IMG/VR virus record: IMGVR_UViG_3300017917_001176
Location: 1 to 64,000 of that record
Direction: 5' to 3' (one strand)
Length of the DNA stretch: 64,000 bases
Source of the DNA: a virus
The position numbers were made by a program, and so were the translations under genes. Each line of letters opens with the position of its first letter. Position 1 is the first letter of the stretch. A model generated the notes under the pieces. That model did no database searches. It saw only the letters and a program-made list of their open reading frames with translations, and was not told the origin of the DNA. Of the stretch, positions 15,346 through 24,902 are shown piece by piece.

Positions 15346-15988
15346 CGATCGTAAGATCGCAGTTTTATTTAGACAGGTACCTGGTGAAGACCATATGTGC
15401 CTATTGGTGTACAGTGACTTACTGCCACGTATAGTTCATGACGAAATCATGAAAACCATTGAAAGCCCAGCGGGCCAGGCTGCAGAAAATCTAGCCGATG
15501 CACTGTTTCGTACAGTCATGGCAGACGGACGCAACTGTCTTGAGACTCTACACAGAGAAGCATTTATCAAGAAGGTTCCTTGCAACCAAGTTGTAATGAC
15601 TCCAACTACAAAATCAAACGTTCGTCTTGATGAACTAAATGGTATCTTAACTGAAATGGCACAAGGTGCTGAGGCTGTTAAGCGCATGGCCGAACTTGAT
15701 GCTGGTGCAGGTTATACTGGCAAACGTCGTCCAGCAGACACACGCGAAGTAGGTGTACCACGAGATAGTCGCAGCAAACCTGCAGAAGTCCCTTTAACTG
15801 AGTCTGGTGTTTTAACTGACGAGCTGATAGCACAGCAACGCATTGAACAAGCAGAAAAGATGAAAGCAAGTGCTCAACAGCTACTGGCAGAAGCAGAACG
15901 TCTAATGTCTGAAGCTACAGAGTTCAACCCTAAGTTAAAGACCAAGACAACAAATGCCAAGAAAAAAGCCCCAGTCAAAGCGCATTAA
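15320..15988 (+). CDS. hypothetical phage protein
   Basis: Likely start MLKHVGKH after AGGAG. Confidence 0.75.
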   Translation: MLKHVGKHNDRKIAVLFRQVPGEDHMCLLVYSDLLPRIVHDEIMKTIESPAGQAAENLADALFRTVMADGRNCLETLHREAFIKKVPCNQVVMTPTTKSNVRLDELNGILTEMAQGAEAVKRMAELDAGAGYTGKRRPADTREVGVPRDSRSKPAEVPLTESGVLTDELIAQQRIEQAEKMKASAQQLLAEAERLMSEATEFNPKLKTKTTNAKKKAPVKAH

Positions 15989-16280
15989 TATTGATTCTAG
16001 AGAAAGATGGAAAAGCATACTAAAGACGGTTACCAAAGATGAAGTTCCAGTAACACTGATTCAAACTGTTACTGTGAACTTGATTGACGGCACCCGTGTT
16101 GAAATTGATATCCGAGAACTTATTGCCGAAGGCTTTGACAACGACGAAATTGAGGGTATGCTGAACAATCGTCTAAAAAAACTTGATGAAATTATTAAAG
16201 ATGTTGATTTTTTTATCAATGTAGACAGTGTGGCTAGCACAGTACAACCTGTAACAGACGACATCTTGAAAAATCTATAA
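15954..16280 (+). CDS. hypothetical phage protein
   Basis: 108-aa coupled ORF. Confidence 0.7.
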   Translation: MPRKKPQSKRINIDSRERWKSILKTVTKDEVPVTLIQTVTVNLIDGTRVEIDIRELIAEGFDNDEIEGMLNNRLKKLDEIIKDVDFFINVDSVASTVQPVTDDILKNL

Positions 16281-16281
16281 A

Positions 16282-16788
16282 ATGATCGCTAGTTTATTTT
16301 CCGTAGACCAAACAGGTGGAGTTGGTAATCGCGGGACCTTACCATGGAAACATCACCCAGAAGACATGGCGTGGTTTAAAGAACTCACTTTAAATCATGT
16401 TGTGGTAATGGGTCGTAAGACCTGGGACGATCCTGCAATGCCACATCCACTGCCCGGTCGAATCAACGTAGTAGTAACCAATAGGCCATTGGATGGCTAT
16501 CGCTCAGTAAGAACCATTAGGGGCGATAGTATATGCAGTCGCATACTGGAACTACAAACAATATATCCATCCAAAAATATTTGGATCATCGGTGGCGTTA
16601 ATCTACTCATGCAGTGCATTGACATCACCGACCACGCCTATGTAACACATCGCAAAGGTAGTTTTTACTCAGACACTAGAATGCACATGAGTGATTACTT
16701 CAAAGGGTTTCGTGCTCAAAGTGCTAGACCTAGTAGCGATAAAATGTTAAACTTTACAACATACAAAAACATAGATCCTTTTAGATAA
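16282..16788 (+). CDS. frd: dihydrofolate reductase
   Basis: LPW...EDMAWFK, VVMGRKTW, PLPGRINVV, WIIGG. Confidence 0.92.
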   Translation: MIASLFSVDQTGGVGNRGTLPWKHHPEDMAWFKELTLNHVVVMGRKTWDDPAMPHPLPGRINVVVTNRPLDGYRSVRTIRGDSICSRILELQTIYPSKNIWIIGGVNLLMQCIDITDHAYVTHRKGSFYSDTRMHMSDYFKGFRAQSARPSSDKMLNFTTYKNIDPFR

Positions 16789-17699
16789 TGAAACAATATC
16801 ATGACGCTCTACAAACTGTTCTACGAGACGGTACCCAACGCAGCGACCGTACTGGCACTGGTACTATCAGTGTATTTGGTATGCAACAACGCTATAACCT
16901 GGCTGAAGGCTTTCCTGCTGTAACTACCAAGCGACTGGCCTGGCGGTCAGTGGTGTCAGAGTTGCTGTGGTTTATTGAAGGTTCAGGGGACGAAAAACGC
17001 CTGCGAGAGATACTACATGGTAGCAGGGATAGTGACAAGAAAACCATCTGGACGGACAATGCCACAGCACCATACTGGAAACCTAGTGCTCGCTTTGATG
17101 GCGACCTAGGACGAGTATATGGTGTGCAATGGCGTCACTGGCGTACTGCTCAGCACATAAAGACTGGCAGTTTTAAAAATGAATTTGGCAGCTACTTTAG
17201 TCAACAAGGTGGTATTACAATGACCGAAGTTGATCAATTACGTGGCTTAATTGAGGGCATAAACAGAGACCCTTACGGAAGACGACACATATTATCAGCA
17301 TGGAACCCGGGCGAGTTACAAGCCATGGCCCTGCCCCCGTGTCACGTACTAGCTCAGTTCTACGTAGCTGACGGTAAACTTAGCTGCCAAATGTATCAAA
17401 GAAGTTGCGACATGTTTCTTGGAGTACCCTTTAATATCGCAAGCTACAGCCTGCTCACGGCCATGATAGCTCAAGTGTGCGACCTTAAGGTTGGGGAGTT
17501 CGTTCATGTTCTCGGCGATGCACACATCTACTCGAATCACGTTGAACAGGTAAAAGAACAGCTAACACGTGAACCATTGCCTGCGCCAACTCTTTGGCTT
17601 AACCCTGATATCAGAGACATTACCAAGTTCACCATGGATGATATTCGTTTGGACAACTATTCATGTCATGACGCTATCACTGCACCGATGGCCGTATGA
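16788..17699 (+). CDS. thyA: thymidylate synthase
   Basis: DRTGTGT, ELLWF, YGVQWR, LPPCH, YQRSCD, GVPFNIASY, DAHIY. Confidence 0.97.
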   Translation: MKQYHDALQTVLRDGTQRSDRTGTGTISVFGMQQRYNLAEGFPAVTTKRLAWRSVVSELLWFIEGSGDEKRLREILHGSRDSDKKTIWTDNATAPYWKPSARFDGDLGRVYGVQWRHWRTAQHIKTGSFKNEFGSYFSQQGGITMTEVDQLRGLIEGINRDPYGRRHILSAWNPGELQAMALPPCHVLAQFYVADGKLSCQMYQRSCDMFLGVPFNIASYSLLTAMIAQVCDLKVGEFVHVLGDAHIYSNHVEQVKEQLTREPLPAPTLWLNPDIRDITKFTMDDIRLDNYSCHDAITAPMAV

Positions 17700-17947
17700 T
17701 CGTATTCAAGACCCTGCGCATAGCGGATTGTGAAGATCCAGAAATATATGCTGCTGCTCCAATCGTTGAGTGGCAGCATACTGATGAAGGCGCTTGGGTA
17801 ATGAAGCATGCAGTAGAAACTCCTAGTTATCGTATCAGAACCTGCCCCGACACCTGGGGCTACGTTGTAGACATCTACGGCCAGTTGAACGAAGCAGACG
17901 AAGTATTCTACAGATTAAAATATGACGTTCAAAGTTCACATCGCTGA
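17696..17947 (+). CDS. hypothetical phage protein
   Basis: ATGA-coupled 83-aa ORF. Confidence 0.65.
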   Translation: MIVFKTLRIADCEDPEIYAAAPIVEWQHTDEGAWVMKHAVETPSYRIRTCPDTWGYVVDIYGQLNEADEVFYRLKYDVQSSHR

Positions 17948-18146
17948 TCCGGCACCCAACGGATACGATTACAATCAAGATTATTACGACAGCATGGATG
18001 CCTGGGCACAAGAACACTGTGCCAGTTATGTAGGATACATTGTGGTTGATGTTGCAGATGTCAGCGCCTTTTGGGACGAAATTGGCGAATACGAATTTCG
18101 TGACCCAAAAGATGCAATGGCTTTTACATTAAAATTTAAACACTGA
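17922..18146 (+). CDS. hypothetical phage protein
   Basis: 74-aa ORF. Confidence 0.65.
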   Translation: MTFKVHIADPAPNGYDYNQDYYDSMDAWAQEHCASYVGYIVVDVADVSAFWDEIGEYEFRDPKDAMAFTLKFKH

Positions 18147-18441
18147 AGCTGCTGCCGCAACCACAGGTTGTTTGTGCGTTGGGATTCTTGATTACAAACT
18201 GACTGCCCATATCGTTTTCTTCGTAGTCTAACACTGCACCAGTTAGGTACTGCATGCTCATGCTGTCTACTAGAACTTTGCCTAATTCAAAGTCATCTTC
18301 TTCTTTGGCTTGTTCAAAATCAAACACATAGTTGAATCCTGAACATCCGCCGCCTTGAATTGATATACGCAGATAAGGTTCTGCATTTTCTGCAAGGCCC
18401 ATGTCAATTTCTTTGACTGCTGTTTCTGTAATTGTGATCAT
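18136..18441 (-). CDS. erpA: A-type Fe-S carrier (ErpA/HesB family)
   Basis: GGGCSG and [14 protein letters not shown]; likely start MITITE at 18441. Confidence 0.88.
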   Translation of the reverse strand: MITITETAVKEIDMGLAENAEPYLRISIQGGGCSGFNYVFDFEQAKEEDDFELGKVLVDSMSMQYLTGAVLDYEENDMGSQFVIKNPNAQTTCGCGSSFSV

Positions 18442-18815
18442 TGGTGTTTTCCTTTGTAGTCTGCAATTGCTGCTTTGATTGCGTCTTCTGCTAGAATGCT
18501 GCAATGTATCTTAACAGGAGGCAATGCCAGTTCTTCTGCAATAACAGAATTTTTAATGGTCTGCGCCTCATCCAAGGACATGCCTTTTAGCATTTCTGTT
18601 ACCAGGCTCGAACTGGCAATGGCACTACCGCAACCGTATGTTTTAAACTTTGCATCTTCAATGATACCTGCATCGTTTACTTTAATTTGTAGTTTCATTA
18701 CGTCACCACACGCAGGCGCACCTACCATGCCTGTGCCAATGCTGTCGTCAATGTCGAACTTGCCCACGTTACGTGGATTTTCATAATGGTCAATCACTTG
18801 ATTTGAATATGCCAT
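18438..18815 (-). CDS. iscU: Fe-S cluster scaffold IscU
   Basis: [35 protein letters not shown]. Confidence 0.96.
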   Translation of the reverse strand: MAYSNQVIDHYENPRNVGKFDIDDSIGTGMVGAPACGDVMKLQIKVNDAGIIEDAKFKTYGCGSAIASSSLVTEMLKGMSLDEAQTIKNSVIAEELALPPVKIHCSILAEDAIKAAIADYKGKHQ

Positions 18816-18817
18816 AG

Positions 18818-19138
18818 TTATACCCTAAAACTTTCTCCGCATCCGCAGCGGTCACGTTCATTTGGATTCTTAAAATCAAATCCTTCATTAAGTCCCTGGC
18901 GTATGTAATCCATTTCCAGACCCGACACGTATGCTAGACTCTTAGGGTCAACAAAAATATTCACGTCGTATGATGTGTATTGTACATCCTCTGGATCGGG
19001 GGTGTCAACGTATTCGAGTTTGTATGCAAGTCCGCTACAGCCTGTGGTGCGAACTCCTACCCTAATGCCCACACCGTGTCCGCGATGGGCGATAGTTTTC
19101 ATGACCTTTTCGGCCGCTTTTTGAGTTAATGTTATCAT
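18818..19138 (-). CDS. iscA: Fe-S cluster assembly protein IscA
   Basis: TTGCSGLAY and NPNERDRCGCGESF. Confidence 0.93.
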   Translation of the reverse strand: MITLTQKAAEKVMKTIAHRGHGVGIRVGVRTTGCSGLAYKLEYVDTPDPEDVQYTSYDVNIFVDPKSLAYVSGLEMDYIRQGLNEGFDFKNPNERDRCGCGESFRV

Positions 19139-19197
19139 GTTGTCTGGGTGTCCTATTGTAAATTAGTGCCAGCTTTGTATTTATTGTAAATATTCAT

Positions 19198-19773
19198 ATG
19201 AAGCCTGTTTTAATGATTCACGAAATGAGTGAGTCTATTTTAGCACTGCCCTTGAAGAATTATGTGCTAACATTTGACGATGCTCTTTACAGCCAGTACT
19301 ACTATTGGCCGCAATTGCGTGATATACCCACGCAAAAATACTTCTTTGTAAGCTCAGACATACTGTGTGTAAATGGCATACAAAGTCAAGAATTCCCTTC
19401 TTGTACCGCAGCACATGCCAAAGCAGCCACGGGCAACTACGAAGATTACATGACCTTGTCGCAGTTAAAAGAACTAGCACAAGACCCCAGAGTAACCATT
19501 GGCGGGCACGGGCATGTTCATAAAGATCTACGCAAAACACAAGGTCTACAAAATCGTATCACTTTCATGCTAGAAGACACAGAACGCATGCTCAACTGGT
19601 TTGACACTAATCTTCAATTTAGACCAACTGCATTCTGCTATCCTTACAACAACGATGTGGATCAATTGTACACTGCGGTTTTACAACGTGCTGGCTTCAA
19701 GCAATTTTTCGGTCGTGAGCGAACACCAGTTGAAACGCTTCTGCAAAACACGCACCTATCTGAGTGCCTCTGA
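19198..19773 (+). CDS. polysaccharide deacetylase (NodB/CE4-like)
   Basis: LTFDD, GGHGHVH, FCYPY. Confidence 0.8.
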   Translation: MKPVLMIHEMSESILALPLKNYVLTFDDALYSQYYYWPQLRDIPTQKYFFVSSDILCVNGIQSQEFPSCTAAHAKAATGNYEDYMTLSQLKELAQDPRVTIGGHGHVHKDLRKTQGLQNRITFMLEDTERMLNWFDTNLQFRPTAFCYPYNNDVDQLYTAVLQRAGFKQFFGRERTPVETLLQNTHLSECL

Positions 19774-20347
19774 GCACTGCCAGTGCTTCCATACTTTCAA
19801 CTGATCTAGCATCAGGATACTCATAGGTCTCGGTGTCATACCATGACAGTACAGTTCTTTTGGTGTCCATGTAATCTGTTATATCCACCCACTGATTGGC
19901 CTGCATGATTGTGCCTGTGGCCCAGTTAACTGAGTTTTCACACATGTACAATCTTTTTACTGTGCAATCTGCTTTTGGTCTGCATGCAACCAGCGCAGCT
20001 TCTGCTGTTAACTTATGATCTCTATGCAGGTCATCACGATGATGTGTGTACACTACATCAATATCCAACTGCTGTACCAACTGAGATATGTGTTCAACTG
20101 CATGTGTATAATCTAGATGCACATCATCAGCTTCACCAATCACAGAGTTTGCCCCCAACATCTGACACACACGTTGAAATGTTTGTTGCCGTGCTTCCTC
20201 AACGTATTCTGCATTTGGTCTATTACCTCTGCACAAGCTGGCTATCCATACTCTATGCCCATCTGCGGTTAGTTTTCTAATGGTACCGGCTGGCCCAAAC
20301 GCTTCATCATCTGGGTGTGCAAATACAAACAGTATGTTCTGTTTCAT
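19697..20347 (-). CDS. PIG-L/LmbE family N-acetylsugar deacetylase
   Basis: AHPDDE, HRDH, AEAF. Confidence 0.88.
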   Translation of the reverse strand: MKQNILFVFAHPDDEAFGPAGTIRKLTADGHRVWIASLCRGNRPNAEYVEEARQQTFQRVCQMLGANSVIGEADDVHLDYTHAVEHISQLVQQLDIDVVYTHHRDDLHRDHKLTAEAALVACRPKADCTVKRLYMCENSVNWATGTIMQANQWVDITDYMDTKRTVLSWYDTETYEYPDARSVESMEALAVLRGTQIGACFAEAFQLVFAHDRKIA

Positions 20348-21282
20348 AGCATGTCCTTGATAATACTGTCTAGGTCGTATGCGGGCACGTATCCTGTTAC
20401 TGTTTTAATCTTGCTTAGATCCGGAACACGCATGTCAATGTCACCGTGATTCTTGCTGAATGCTTGTTCATAGGGTACATGCACTATTTTGCTACCTGAA
20501 CCACTGAGTTCAATCACACGTTCAGCCAATTGATTTATAGTAACAGGCTGGTCGTTGCCAATGTTAAACAGCTCTCCATTTACAGTGGATACTTTGAGCA
20601 ATGCGTTCATGGCATCTTTAACATGACAAAAACTGCGCACCTGTGTGCCACTGCCGTATATGATCAAGTCTTCATTGCGTTTGGCTGCATTAACAAAGCG
20701 TGGCAGTACCATACCGTAGTCGCCCAACTGTCCAGGTCCTGTTACATTAAAGAATCGTACCAGTGTGAACGGAAAGTTACTGGCGCGAATCTGAAACTCA
20801 GTCATTAGTTTTGCTGTGGCATACCCCCAACGCAGTTTGCTACTGGGGCCAATGCTGGCATTGGCTTCTTCGTGGAACGGACCGTTGCCGTATATCTCAC
20901 TGGTGCTGGAGAATACCACATGACGTTTGGCTTTTTGAAAGAATGGAATTAGTTTATTGTTTAGTGCAATGTTGTTGAACAGTGTGCCACTAGGGTCTTT
21001 GTCAATGTGTTCTACTCCAACACTGCCTGCCAGGTGCCAGATCTTGTCGTGCTTGCGCACAATCTGTAACAGTTCATCTTCACTCATGGCAGTTAAATCG
21101 CCTTCGATAAAGCGATACAGGTTCTTATGCACAGCAAACTCCTCGCGAGGATCGCTGCTGGTAGCTAGATTATCAATCACAGTAACGCCCACATGGCGTT
21201 CACGTTGATTAAACAGTGTGTGAGTCAGGTGCCGACCAATGAAGCCCGCGCCGCCCAGAATTAAATGATTCATATATTTCAC
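20344..21282 (-). CDS. NAD-dependent NDP-sugar epimerase/dehydratase
   Basis: GGAGFIG, STSEIYG, YATAK, RFFNVTGP. Confidence 0.9.
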   Translation of the reverse strand: MKYMNHLILGGAGFIGRHLTHTLFNQRERHVGVTVIDNLATSSDPREEFAVHKNLYRFIEGDLTAMSEDELLQIVRKHDKIWHLAGSVGVEHIDKDPSGTLFNNIALNNKLIPFFQKAKRHVVFSSTSEIYGNGPFHEEANASIGPSSKLRWGYATAKLMTEFQIRASNFPFTLVRFFNVTGPGQLGDYGMVLPRFVNAAKRNEDLIIYGSGTQVRSFCHVKDAMNALLKVSTVNGELFNIGNDQPVTINQLAERVIELSGSGSKIVHVPYEQAFSKNHGDIDMRVPDLSKIKTVTGYVPAYDLDSIIKDML

Positions 21283-21823
21283 CTAGTGTTATTGCTTCTG
21301 AAAATACAGGTCTAAGATCTGCCATGGCTCTTACTACATCTCGTACATGTGCAATGGCATGCAGCTGATCCGGATTCTCAGGTTTGTGTGCAGTACCCAT
21401 CACGCAGCGTTTAACAAAGCTGTCCGGATCTGCATCTTCACCGTATACAGATGGCAAGCGATAGTTTACACATTCGCGTCCTGTGTGCTTTAGATAGATT
21501 TCCATGCACCGCTTGGCTACATTATACGCACCTTGCGCCGTTTCTGCAATATGTTCAGCACCAAAACTGCTGGCATTAACAAACACTGCATCGGAGTCAA
21601 TGGCAAGAGCTTTTCGAGTTAGATCCATGATAGTATCCATTACACCTGTGGTATCTTCTTTGATACGTGCAGTTGTAGCAGGGCAAGCCAGGTGATAGAT
21701 TCTTTCGCATGATACAGGCGTGAAATCACGGTCAATCAGCACCACGTGGTGGCCTCTACGCTGCAATTCCACCACTAAATGTCGGCCTATAAAGCCAGTG
21801 TGCCCTGTTACTGCGATTTCCAT
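21209..21823 (-). CDS. short NAD-dependent epimerase/reductase
   Basis: TGHTGFIG, YNVAK, YRLPSVYG. Confidence 0.8.
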   Translation of the reverse strand: MEIAVTGHTGFIGRHLVVELQRRGHHVVLIDRDFTPVSCERIYHLACPATTARIKEDTTGVMDTIMDLTRKALAIDSDAVFVNASSFGAEHIAETAQGAYNVAKRCMEIYLKHTGRECVNYRLPSVYGEDADPDSFVKRCVMGTAHKPENPDQLHAIAHVRDVVRAMADLRPVFSEAITLGEIYESFNSGRRGLHWSAPDSHTV

Positions 21824-22287
21824 ACTGCGTTATCCCATCCTAATCGAATAAATCGTACACCAGGTTTTTGTAATCCTTCTTTGACTGCGCGAACAAAACT
21901 GCTGCAATCTTCTGGTTCATACAGTGGTATGTCTAGCGCATCCATAAGTGCGGCATCATCGGCAACAAGGTGGCCACGCCCACAGATGCTATAACAGCCA
22001 TTATGTCCAGCATTAACAAAAATAATACTGCCCGTGTTTTCGGCCCAACCTTTGATATTAAGTTTAATTTGCTCATATGCTTTGTAGATAACGAATCCTG
22101 CGACTCCGTATATAATTACTTTCTTTCCTTGACTAGCCAGCCCTGCTGCAATGTTAACCATGTTGGGTTCTTGCACACCGCAATTGATTTGTTTATAATC
22201 ACCGTCGGTCCACTTCCACATGTCTCCATGCAAGAAATAAACTTCGCCCGGGTAGCGTGAAAGAAACTTATGTAAGGTTGCTCGCAT
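21808..22287 (-). CDS. transketolase-like pyrimidine-binding (C-terminal) subunit
   Basis: NCGVQEPNMVNIAAGLA, RA/KAYEQIK-type motif. Confidence 0.82.
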   Translation of the reverse strand: MRATLHKFLSRYPGEVYFLHGDMWKWTDGDYKQINCGVQEPNMVNIAAGLASQGKKVIIYGVAGFVIYKAYEQIKLNIKGWAENTGSIIFVNAGHNGCYSICGRGHLVADDAALMDALDIPLYEPEDCSSFVRAVKEGLQKPGVRFIRLGWDNAVWKSQ

Positions 22288-23539
22288 CTGCTAACCATTC
22301 ATGATAGATTTTGCCACGGTGAATATTAATTAATTCATAAGGATCAATTTGTTCCCGTGGAGCCTGCGCCATGCCAAAACCGCTAAGAACATATTCCCAG
22401 GCTTCAGCAGGAAAAATATCAGTTTCTTTGTAGGGTTCAATTGACAGTGTTTTAAAATGATCCCAATACTCATTGCTGCGCTCTGAATATCTATAGTGTG
22501 CAGCAATAAAATTAACAATGGCATCAAAGTTCTCGTTGATCTGTTGATTGTATTCTGCCTCAGTTAACTTACCATCAATGTATGCACCAATCTTTTCAAT
22601 GCTGCTGATGATCAAATAGATGCCTGTGCTTTCCAATGGTTCAATAAAGGTTGCAGCAAGACCAATGCCAACCACGTTGTCCTGTAGATGCACACGATTG
22701 CGACCTGTAATAAAGTTCACTGTGTTAACTTCGGGTGGCTCAACTCCTGTGTAGTCTTTTACGTGGGCAACAAACTCCTGGTGTACATCAAACCGTTTGT
22801 CATGCACATACCCAAATGCTAGCCTATCGCCCAGTGGAATATGCCAGCACCAACCATGTTCCATTGCCTTAAACATACTGTAGGGCTTGCACTGTTTAGC
22901 ACGGTCAGTGTACAGTACACGAGTGGTCAATGCGCAATTGTTTGGAATGATATGACTGAAGTCTTCAAAGTTGTTTTCACGTTTGCTTACATGTCTAGCA
23001 AAGCCTGTGCTGTCGATCAGTAGATCGTAAGTGCCAGCCAGTTCTTCTTTGGTTGCAGTCTTACGGATCACTGTTAGATTGGGCATTTCGTGTAAACGTG
23101 TGTCTAGATATGCTGCCATTTCAGTTGTGCGGAAATGTGTGGCAATGTCTGGGTATTGTAAAATCTCATCCGGTATACGTTCTGTTTCAATGATACGATT
23201 GATACTAGCGGTATTGTGTTTTCCAATTTCACCAATGCCAAAAGGAAAACTAAAACGCTCACCAGGTCTGTTGAACCCATCAAACACAATGCCCAACTTT
23301 AACGTACCGTTGCAATGCTTGATAATATTTTCGTGTGTGATATCAATGCTTTTTAAAAAGTGACTGCTCTTGGGCACTAATGCTTCGCCCACGCCAATTG
23401 GATCATTCACCTCAGGAAATATCCAGGTGATAGATTTGTCTTTGTAGGTTTTTGCAAAGTAAAAGGCTGCTAGGTAGCCGCTAGTTCCGCCACCAACGAT
23501 TGTAATTCTGTTGATGTCTCGATCTTTTTGTAGTGCCAT
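22268..23539 (-). CDS. flavin-dependent halogenase (tryptophan halogenase family)
   Basis: IVGGGTSG, IGVGEA, GTLKLGI, WCWHIPL, FIEPLESTG. Confidence 0.85.
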   Translation of the reverse strand: MALQKDRDINRITIVGGGTSGYLAAFYFAKTYKDKSITWIFPEVNDPIGVGEALVPKSSHFLKSIDITHENIIKHCNGTLKLGIVFDGFNRPGERFSFPFGIGEIGKHNTASINRIIETERIPDEILQYPDIATHFRTTEMAAYLDTRLHEMPNLTVIRKTATKEELAGTYDLLIDSTGFARHVSKRENNFEDFSHIIPNNCALTTRVLYTDRAKQCKPYSMFKAMEHGWCWHIPLGDRLAFGYVHDKRFDVHQEFVAHVKDYTGVEPPEVNTVNFITGRNRVHLQDNVVGIGLAATFIEPLESTGIYLIISSIEKIGAYIDGKLTEAEYNQQINENFDAIVNFIAAHYRYSERSNEYWDHFKTLSIEPYKETDIFPAEAWEYVLSGFGMAQAPREQIDPYELINIHRGKIYHEWLADASNLT

Positions 23540-24189
23540 TTTTTGATATCCTCTGTCATTGATTTTACGCCATGCCCTTTTTGTGTTTTACAAAACACTA
23601 TGTTAGGAATATTGTCCACCAGGTTAGCAAACGCCTGTCCTAGTTTTTGTTTGTCGTGTCCATTGACTTCTTGTACCCACCAATGGTAGTGTCTACAAAA
23701 GTCTTTAACCGGGTTTACCTTAAGCACGTCAGACACTGTTCCTGTAACCTGTGCGTTATTGTAGTCCACAGTAACAAATATGTTGCTGATCTGATGATGC
23801 CCAATAAACTGTAGTGCTTCCAGCGTATTGCCCATTTGCAGTGTGGCGTCTGTGATGTTTACCCACACACGTTGCCCAGGGTCTGCTAGTGCGATCCCAA
23901 TGGCAACACCTAGTGCATTGCCCATGGTTTCTTCACCGTAGTCCACAAACAACAACTCGTCGTGCTTGACTCCTACGCTTAAATCTTCTATTGTTCCTAG
24001 GTAGCCCAGCTTGCGCCACACTAGATAGTATGCTTGTGAACCAAAAGGCTTGCCAATAACAATGTGGTCCTTATAAGGTTTCACAATGCCGTCTGTGAAC
24101 AACACATCCACATAGTCCAGCATGCTCAGGGCACTAGGAATATGACTCAGTTGCTGCTGATAGGAATATTCTAACAGTTCCTTTTTCAT
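23470..24189 (-). CDS. transketolase-like TPP-binding (N-terminal) subunit
   Basis: SHIPSALS, GNALGVAIG, degenerate GDG motif (TDATLQMG), VDYNNAQ, VNGHD, TQKGHG. Confidence 0.8.
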   Translation of the reverse strand: MKKELLEYSYQQQLSHIPSALSMLDYVDVLFTDGIVKPYKDHIVIGKPFGSQAYYLVWRKLGYLGTIEDLSVGVKHDELLFVDYGEETMGNALGVAIGIALADPGQRVWVNITDATLQMGNTLEALQFIGHHQISNIFVTVDYNNAQVTGTVSDVLKVNPVKDFCRHYHWWVQEVNGHDKQKLGQAFANLVDNIPNIVFCKTQKGHGVKSMTEDIKKWHYKKIETSTELQSLVAELAAT

Positions 24190-24902
24190 ACAAACAACTC
24201 CTTGGGCAAATTACCATTCATCATTCTAATGCTGATCTGTTCTCGCTGTACGTCAAATTTACCAAACTGAAAAACTCGTTCAGGAGTATCACCGTTCATT
24301 ATGTACTTGGGTACTTCGTAACTCCACCGCCAGCTGTTCCAAATTGGATATAACATTTTGATTTCATTGTTAACAAATCCGTAGTAGGAAACATCGTTCA
24401 CTGGAAACAGATATAATCGAACGCCATCACGCCAGGTGTACTCTTTTGTTTTAGCATACAGTTGACTGAAACGATGTGCTGCCACTGCGGTTAACTGTGC
24501 AGGTGTTGCCTGCTGTTCTAGATTTGTATAGTAGATAAAATTATCATCTTCGTATTCAATTGGCGGCATGATATCAAATTCGTCACTGCGAGTGATCTGC
24601 TCAAAACGATTGATTATAAGAGCTCGCTGCTCGAGGTCCAGCGCATCACCAAACTCTGCTGGTAGTACTCTATTCCATCCAGACTGCATTCTAGCAAAGT
24701 ATTCTGGATTGTGTTGATTGATTAAATGTATGTACTTGAATGTAAAATTAATTGACCGTGGAACAATTACCTGCTGCGCTGTTCTAAAATGAAAATGATA
24801 ATAACTGTTGTTGCGTTTGGCTTCCTCTACCGTTGCATCAGGTAACAAGGAAGCCAATTGTTCAAACGTTTGAACTAGAAAGTAATTGTCCTGATCAAAC
24901 AT
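24186..24902 (-). CDS. hypothetical protein
   Basis: 238-aa ORF coupled on both sides. Confidence 0.7.
   Translation of the reverse strand: MFDQDNYFLVQTFEQLASLLPDATVEEAKRNNSYYHFHFRTAQQVIVPRSINFTFKYIHLINQHNPEYFARMQSGWNRVLPAEFGDALDLEQRALIINRFEQITRSDEFDIMPPIEYEDDNFIYYTNLEQQATPAQLTAVAAHRFSQLYAKTKEYTWRDGVRLYLFPVNDVSYYGFVNNEIKMLYPIWNSWRWSYEVPKYIMNGDTPERVFQFGKFDVQREQISIRMMNGNLPKELFV

Noticed and set aside
16788-17699. dCMP hydroxymethylase or intron-containing td
   Set aside because: The dUMP-specifying Asn in PFNIASY is present, the gene is paired with DHFR and the ORF is uninterrupted
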